A stretch of 64,000 nucleotides of DNA from Eledone cirrhosa. Its lineage: Eukaryota. The notes under the pieces were generated by a model that did no database searches, was not told the origin of the DNA, and saw nothing but the letters and a program-made list of their open reading frames with translations. The position numbers and the translations under genes were made by a program. Below, one piece after another: positions 57,190-64,000 of this stretch; within the stretch, counting starts at the first letter, position 1, and the number at the start of each line of letters is the position of its first letter. The stretch is taken from positions 18,724,001-18,788,000 of the forward strand of contig OZ024744.1 of assembly GCA_964016885.1 (NCBI GenBank). The letters are read 5' to 3'.

Positions 57190-60100
57190 ATGTTTGTGTG
57201 TGTCTGTGTCTCTGTGTATGTCACTGTTTGTTTGCGTGTGTCTGTGTCACTGTGTATGTCACTGTGTGTTTCTGTATGTCTGTGTGACTGTGTATGTCAC
57301 TGTTTGTTTGTGTATGTCTGTGTCACTGTGTGTGTTTCTGTATGTCTGTGTCACTGTGTATGTCATTGCATCTTTGTGTATGTCTGTCTCACTCTGTATG
57401 TCACTGTGTGTTTCTGCATGTCTGTGTCACTCTGTATGTCACTGTGTGTTTCTGTATGTCTGTGTCACTGTGTATGTCACTGTATGTTTCTGTATGTCTG
57501 TTTCACTGTGTATATCAATGTGTGTTTCTGTATGTCTGTGTCACTGTATATGTCACTGTATCTTTGTGTATGCCTGTGTAACTGTCTATGTCACTGTATG
57601 TTTCTGTATGTCTGTTTCACTGTGTATGTCACTGTATATTTGTGTATGTCTGTGTCACTCTGTATGTCACTGTGTGTTTCTGTATGTCTGTGTCACTATG
57701 TATGCCACTGTATATTTGTGTTGTCTGTGTCATTGTGTATGTCACTGGGTGTTTCTGTATGTATGTGTCACTGTGTATGACACTGTGTCTTTCTGTATGT
57801 ATGTATCAATGTGTATGTCACTGTGTGTATCTTTATGTCTGTGTCACTGTGTAAGTCATTGTATCTTTGTGTATGTCTGTGTCACTGTGTATGTCACTGT
57901 ATGTCTCTGTATGTCTGTGTCACTGTCTATGTCACTGTATCTTTGTGTATGTCTGTGTCACTGTGTATGTCACTGTGTGTTTATGTATTTCTGTGTCTCT
58001 GTATGCCACTGTATCTTTGTGTATGTCTGCGTCACTGTGTATGTAACTGTGTGTTTCTGTATGTCTGTGTCACTGTGTATATCACAGTGTGTTTCTGTAT
58101 ATATGCGTCTCTGTGTATGTCACTGTATCTTTGTGTATGTCTGTGTCACTGTGTGTTTCTGTATGTCTGTGTCACTGTGTATGTCACAGTGTGTTTCTGT
58201 ATGTTTGTGTCATTGTGTACGTCACTAAATGTTTGTGTGTGTCTGTGTCTCTGTGTATGTCACTGTTTGTTTGCGTGTGTCTGTGTCACTGTGTATGTCA
58301 CTGTGTGTTTCTGTATGTCTGTGTGACTGTGTATGTCACTGTGTGTTTGTGTATGTCTGTGTCACTGTATGTTTCTGTATGTCTGTGTCACTGTGTATGT
58401 CACTGTGTGTTTCTGTATGTATGTGTCACCGTGTATGTCACTGTATCTTTGTGTATACCTGTGTCACTGTGTATGTCAATGTGTGTTTCTGTATGTCTGT
58501 GTCACTGTGTATGTCATTGCATCTTTGTGTATGTCTGTCTCACTCTGTATGTCACTGTGTGTTTCTGCATGTCTGTGTCACTGTGTATGTCACTGTGTGT
58601 TTCTGTATGTCTGTGTCACTGTGTATGTCACTGTATGTTTCTGTATGTCTGTTTCACTGTGTATATCACTGTGTGTTTCTGTATGTCTGTGTCATGGTGT
58701 ATGTCACTGTATGTTTGTGTGTGACTGTGTCACTGTGTACGTCACTGTGTGTTTGTGTATGTCTGCGTCACTGTATGTTTCTGTATGTCTATGTCACTGT
58801 GTATGTCAATGTGTGTTTCTGTATGTCTATGTCACTGTGTATGTCATTGTATCTTTGTGTATGTCTGTGTCACTGTGTATGTCACAGTATGTTTCTGTAA
58901 GTTTGTGTCACTGTGTATGTCACTGTGTGTTTCTGTATGTCTGTGTCTCTGTGTATGTCACTGTATGTTTCTGTATGTCTGTGTCACTGTATGTTTCTGT
59001 ATGTCTGTTTCACTGTGTATGTCACTGTGTCTTTATGTATGTCTGTGTCACTCTGTATGTCACTGTATATTTCTGTATGTCTGTGTCACTGTGTATGTCA
59101 CTGTATGTTTCTGTATGTCTGTGTCACTGTGTATGTCACTGTATGTTTCTGTATGTCTGTGTCACTGTGTATGTCACTGTATCTTTGTGTATGTCTGTGT
59201 CCCTGTGTATGTCACTGTATGTTTCTGTATGTTTCTCTCACTGTGTATGTCACTGTGTGTTTCTGTATGTCTGTGTCTCTGTGTATGTCACTGTGTGTTT
59301 CTGCATGTTTGTGTCACTGTGTATGTCACTAAATGTTTGTGTGTGTCTGTGTCTCTGTGTATGTCACTGTTTGTTTGCGTGTGTCTGTGTCACTGTGTAT
59401 GTCACTGTGTGTTTCTGTATGTCTGTGTGACTGTGTATGTCACTGTGTGTTTGTGTATGTCTGTGTCACTGTATGTTTCTGTATGTCTGTGTCACTGTGT
59501 ATGTCACTGTGTGTTTCTGTATGTATGTGTCACCGTGTATGTCACTGTATCTTTGTGTATGCCTGTGTCACTGTGTATGTCACTGTGTGTTTCTGTATGT
59601 CTGTGTCACTGTGTATGTCACTAAATGTTTGTGTGTGTCTGTGTCTCTGTGTATGTCACTGTTTGTTTGCGTGTGTCTGTGTCACTGTGTATGTCACTGT
59701 GTGTTTCTGTATGTCTGTGTGACTGTGTATGTCACTGTTTGTTTGTGTATGTCTGTGTCACTGTGTGTGTTTCTGTATGTCTGTGTCACTGTGTATGTCA
59801 TTGCATCTTTGTGTATGTCTGTCTCACTCTGTTTGTCACTGTGTGTTTCTGCATGTCTGTGTCACTGTGTATGTCACTGTGTGTTTCTGTATGTCTGTGT
59901 CACTGTGTATGTCACTGTATGTTTCTGTATGTCTGTTTCACTGTGTATATCACTGTGTGTTTCTGTATGTCTGTGTCACTATATATGTCACTGTATCTTT
60001 GTGTATGCCTGTGTCACTGTCTATGTCACTGTATGTTTCTGTATGTCTGTTTCACTGTGTATGTCACTGTATATTTGTGTATGTCTGTGTCACTCTGTAT

Positions 60101-60640
60101 GTCACTGTGTGTTTCTGTATGTCTGTGTCACTATGTATGCCACTGTATATTTGTGTTGTCTGTGTCATTGTGTATGTCACTGGGTGTTTCTGTATGTCTG
60201 TGTCACTGTGTATGACACTGTGTCTTTCTGTATGTATGTATCAATGTGTATGTCACTGTGTGTATCTTTATGTCTGTGTCTCTGTGTATGTCACTGTATA
60301 TTTGTGTATGTATGTGTCACTGTGTATGTCACTGTGAGTTTCTCTATGTCTGTGTCACTGTGTATGTCACTGTATGTCTCTGTATGTCTGTGTCACTGTC
60401 TATGTCACTGTATCTTTGTGTATGTCTGTGTCACTGTGTATGTCACTGTGTGTTTATGTATTTCTGTGTCTCTGTATGCCACTGTATCTTTGTGTATGTC
60501 TGCGTCACTGTGTATGTAACTGTGTGTTTCTGTATGTCTGTGTCACTGTGTATATCACAGTGTGTTTCTGTATATATGCGTCTCTGTGTATGTCACTGTA
60601 TCTTTGTGTATGTCTGTGTCACTGTGTGTTTCTGTATGTC
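57190..60640 (+). repeat. Partial duplication, offset 2,435-2,473 bp (about 57190..58170 vs 59625..60640)
   Basis: ORF pairs 57190/59625, 57294/59729, 57811/60246 and 58089/60562. Shared ATGTAACTG, ATATGCGTCT and ATCTTTATGTC variants. Confidence 0.8.
58170..59030 (+). repeat. Copy of about 46480..47340 at offset 11,690
   Basis: ORF pairs 46539/58229, 46643/58333 and 47059/58749. Shared GTATACCT, GTCATGGTG and GTACGTC variants. Confidence 0.85.
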
Positions 60641-60859
60641 TGTGTCTCTGTGTATGTCACAGTGTGTTTCTGTATATATGTGTCTCTGTGTATGTCACTG
60701 TATGTTTATGTGTGTCTGTGTCACTGTGTATGTCACTGTGTGTTTGTGTATGTCTGTGTCACTGTATGTTTCTGTATGTCTGTGCCACTGTGTATGTCAC
60801 CGTATGTGTGTGTATGTCTGTGTCACGGTGTATGTCACTGTATCTTTGTGTATGCCTGT

Positions 60860-63800
60860 GTCACTGTGTATGTCACTGTGTGTTTCTGTATGTCTGTGTC
60901 ACTGTGTATGTCACTGTATGTTTGTGTGTGTCTGTGTCACTGTGTATGTCAATGTCTCTGTGTGTTTCTGTATGTCTGTGTCTCTGTGTATGTCACTGTA
61001 TCTTTGTGTATGTATGTGTCACTGTGTATGTCACTGTGTGTTTCTGTGTGTCTGTGTCACTGTGTATATCACTGTGTGTTTCTGTATATCTGTGTCTCTG
61101 TGTATGTCACTGTATCTTTGTGTATGTCTCGGTCACTGTGTATGTCACTGTATATTTGTGTATGGATGTGTCACTGTGTATGTCACTGTATCTTTGTGTA
61201 TGTCTGTGTCACTGTGTATGTCACAGTGTGTTTCTGTATGTCTGTGTCACTGTCTATGTCACTGTATGTTTCTGAATGTCTGTGTCACTGTGTATGTCAC
61301 TGTGTGTTTCTGTATGTATGTGTCACGGTGTATGTCACTGTATGTTTGTGTGTGACAGTGTCACTGTGTATGTTACTGTGTGTTTGTGTATGTCTGTGTC
61401 ACTGTATGTTTCTGTATGTCTGTGTCACTGTGTATGTCATTGTATCGTTGTGTATGTCTGTGTCACTGTGTATGTCACTGTATGTTTCTGTAAGTTTGTG
61501 TCACTGTGTATGTCACTGTGTGTTTCTGTATGTCTGTGTCTCTGTGTATGTCACTGTATGTTTCTGTATGTCTGTTTCACTGTGTATGTCACTGTGTCTT
61601 TATGTATGTCTGTGTCACTATGTATGTCACTGTATATTTCTGTATGTCTGTGTCACTGTGTATGTCACTGTGTGTTTCTGTATGACTGTGTCACTGTGTA
61701 TGTCACTGTATCTTTGTGTATGTCTGTGTCACTGTGTATGTCACAGTGTGTTTCTGTATGTCTGTGTCACTGTCTATGTCACTGTATGTTTCTGAATGTC
61801 TGTGTCACTGTGTATGTCACTGTGTGTTTGTGTATGTCTGTGTCACTGTATGGTTCTGTATGTCTGTGTCACTGTGTATGTCACTGTGTGTTTCTGTATG
61901 TCTGTGTCACTGTGTATGACATTGTATCTTTGTGTATGTCTGTGTCACTGTGTATGTCACTGTATGTTTCTGTATATTTGTGTCACTGTGTATGTCACTG
62001 TATGTTTCTGTATGTCTGTGTCACTGTGTATGTCACTGTATCCTTGTGTATGTCTGTGTCCCTGTGTATGTCACTGTATGTTTCTGTATGTTTGTGTCAC
62101 TGTGTATGTCACTAAATGTTTGTGTGTGTCTGTGTCTCTGTGTATGTCACTGTTTGTTTGCGTGTGTCTGTGTCACTGTGTATGTCACTGTGTGTTTCTG
62201 TATGTCTGTGTGACTGTGTATGTCACTGTGTGTTTGCGTATGTCTGTGTCACTGTATGGTTCTGTATGTCTGTGTCACTGTGTATGTCACTGTGTGTTTC
62301 TGTATGTATGTGTCACCGTGTATGTCACTGTATCTTTGTGTATGCCTGTGTCCCTGTGTATGTCACTGTGTGTTTCTGTATGTTTGTGTCACTGTGTATG
62401 TCACTGTATATTTCTGTATGTCTGTGTCACTGTGTATGTCACTGTATGTTTCTGTATGTCTGTGTCACTGTGTATGTCACTGTGTGTTTCTGTATGTCTG
62501 TGTCACTGTATATGTCACTGTATCTTTGTGTATGCCTGTGTCACTGTTTATGTCACTGTATGTTTCTGTATGTCTGTTTCACTGTGTATGTCACTGTATA
62601 TTTGTGTATGTCTGTGTCACTCTGTATGTCACTGTGTGTTTCTGTATGTCTGTGTCACTATGTATGCCACTGTATGTTTGTGTTATCTGCGTCATTGTGT
62701 ATGTCACTGGGTGTTTCTGTATGTGTGTGGCACTGTGTATGACACTGTGTGTTTCTGTATGTATGTATCACTGTGTATGTCACTGTGTGTTTCTGAATGT
62801 CTGTGTCACTATGTAAGTCATTGTATCTTTGTGTATGTCTGTGGCACTCTGTATGTTGTTGTGTGTTTCTGTATGTATGTGTCTCTGTGTATGTCACTGT
62901 ATGTCTATGTATGTCTGTGTCACTGTCTATGTCACTGTATCTTTGTGTATGTCTGTATTACTGTGTATGTCGCTGTGTGTTTATGTATGTCTGTGTCTCT
63001 GTGTATGTCACTGTATCTTTGCGTATGTCTGCGTCACTGTGTATGTCACTGTGTGTTTCTGTATGTCTGTGTCACTGTGTATGTCACAATGTGTTTCTGT
63101 ATATCTGTGTCTCTGTGTATGTCACTGTATCTTTGTGTATGTCTGTGTCACTGTGTATGTCACTGAATGTTTCTGTATGTATGTTTCACTGTGTATGGCA
63201 CTAAATGTTTGTGTCTCTGTGTCTCTGTGTATGTCACTGTGTGTTTGCGTGTGTCTGTGTCACTGTGTATGTCACTGTGTGTTTCTGCATGTCTGTGTCA
63301 CTGTGTATGTCACTGTGTGTTTCTGTATGTCTGTGTCACTGTGTATGTCACTGTATGTTTCTGTATGTCTGTTTCACTGTGTATATCACTGTGTGTTTCT
63401 GTATGTCTGTGTCACTGTATATGTCACTGTATCTTTGTGTATGCCTGTGTCACTGTCTATGTCACTGTATGTTTCTGTATGTCTGTTTCACTGTGTATGT
63501 CACTGTATATTTGTGTATGTCTGTGTCACTCTGTATGTCACTGTGTGTTTCTGTATGTCTATGTCACTATGTATGCCACTGTATATTTGTGTTGTCTGTG
63601 TCATTGTGTATGTCACTGGGTGTTTCTGTATGTCTGTGTCACTGTGTATGACACTGTGTCTTTCTGTATGTATGTATCACTGTGTATGTCACTGTGTGTA
63701 TCTGTATGTCTGTGTCACTGTGTAAGTCATTGTATCTTTGTGTATGTATGTGGCACTCTATATGTCGTTGTGTGTTTCTGTATGTATGTGTCTCTGTGTA

Positions 63801-64000
63801 TGTCACTGTATATTTGTGTATGTATGTGTCACTGTGTATGTCACTGTGAGTTTCTCTATGTCTGTGTCACTCTGTATGTCACTGTATGTCTCTGTATGTC
63901 TGTGTCACTTTCTATGTCACTGTATCTTTGTGTATGTCTGTGTCACTGTGTATGTCACTGTGTGTTTATGTATTTCTGTGTCTCTGTGTATGCCACTGTA
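60860..64000 (+). repeat. Third copy of the 3.2-kb higher-order unit, with whole-monomer indels
   Basis: Markers GTGACAGTGTC near 61352, ATCGTTG near 61444, ATCCTTG near 62040 and TGGCACTAAA near 63196. ORFs 48043/61932 (offset 13,889) and 48864/62829 (13,965 = +2 monomers). Confidence 0.85.

Larger units (their letters stand above)
1..64000 (+). repeat. 38-bp satellite/minisatellite tandem array (about 1,700 monomers, head-to-tail, open at both window ends)
   Basis: Consensus GTCACTGTGTATGTCACTGTRTGTTTCTGTATGTCTGT recurs continuously with point variants (e.g. ATCTTTGTGT for GTGTTTCTGT) and 20/26/28/37/44-bp length variants. The ORF track repeats a 38-aa unit (3 monomers = 114 bp) in all three + frames. 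No non-repeat sequence was seen. Confidence 0.99.

Noticed and set aside
1-64000. Hundreds of overlapping Cys/Val-rich + strand ORFs as genes (metallothionein-, keratin-associated- or membrane-protein-like)
   Set aside because: They are open in all three frames with the same peptide, the unit is not a multiple of 3, there is no unique domain, and stops arise only from scattered variants.
1-64000. CRISPR array (repeat length of 38 bp is in range)
   Set aside because: There are no unique spacers, leader or cas genes; the monomers abut directly.
1-64000. Telomeric repeat or G-quadruplex array (TG-rich strand)
   Set aside because: There is no TTAGGG-like unit and almost no GG runs. Kb-scale duplicated variant order indicates recombination, not telomerase synthesis. 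A subtelomeric location is not excluded.
1-64000. Real Ig/TCR V, D or J segments beside the RSS-like motifs
   Set aside because: No coding segments, no convergent signal pairs flanking unique sequence, and no signal joints or inversions were seen.
1-64000. Strong Z-DNA or cruciform-forming region
   Set aside because: Alternating purine-pyrimidine runs are short and broken by CT/TT steps, and the strand skew precludes long inverted repeats.
1-64000. Synthetic or information-encoding DNA, or pure sequencing artefact
   Set aside because: Shared derived variants, nested duplications and graded divergence fit natural satellite evolution, although individual near-perfect duplications still need read validation.

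Overview
The whole 64-kb window is one uninterrupted, single-orientation satellite DNA array, with no unique flank, inserted element, RNA gene or credible CDS. The monomer is 38 bp, consensus GTCACTGTGTATGTCACTGTRTGTTTCTGTATGTCTGT (about 1,700 copies; about 47% T, 26% G, 16% C, 11% A on +). It appears built from (GT)n-derived subrepeats (12+10+8+8 bp, each starting CTGT). The Cys/Val/Ser/Met-rich ORFs are translation artefacts of a stop-free + strand. Variant monomers recur in a conserved order, indicating a degenerate higher-order repeat of about 2.4-3.2 kb. On top of this are recent near-identical duplications with offsets of 152, 417, 522, 709, 2,435, 2,453, 3,232-3,234, 5,369, 11,690, 12,238, 12,872 and 27,683 bp, and a change of variant haplotype near 35.6 kb. 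The most unusual observation is on the minus strand: the consensus monomer has two RAG-type heptamers (CACAGTG) 12 bp apart, followed by nonamer-like words at 12-bp and 22-bp spacers. This resembles overlapping cryptic 12/23 recombination signal sequences, but may be a chance product of CA-rich sequence. The source is probably eukaryotic (animal) heterochromatin; the taxon cannot be determined from this window. Offsets come from the ORF track and hand-checked marker variants; block boundaries are approximate.
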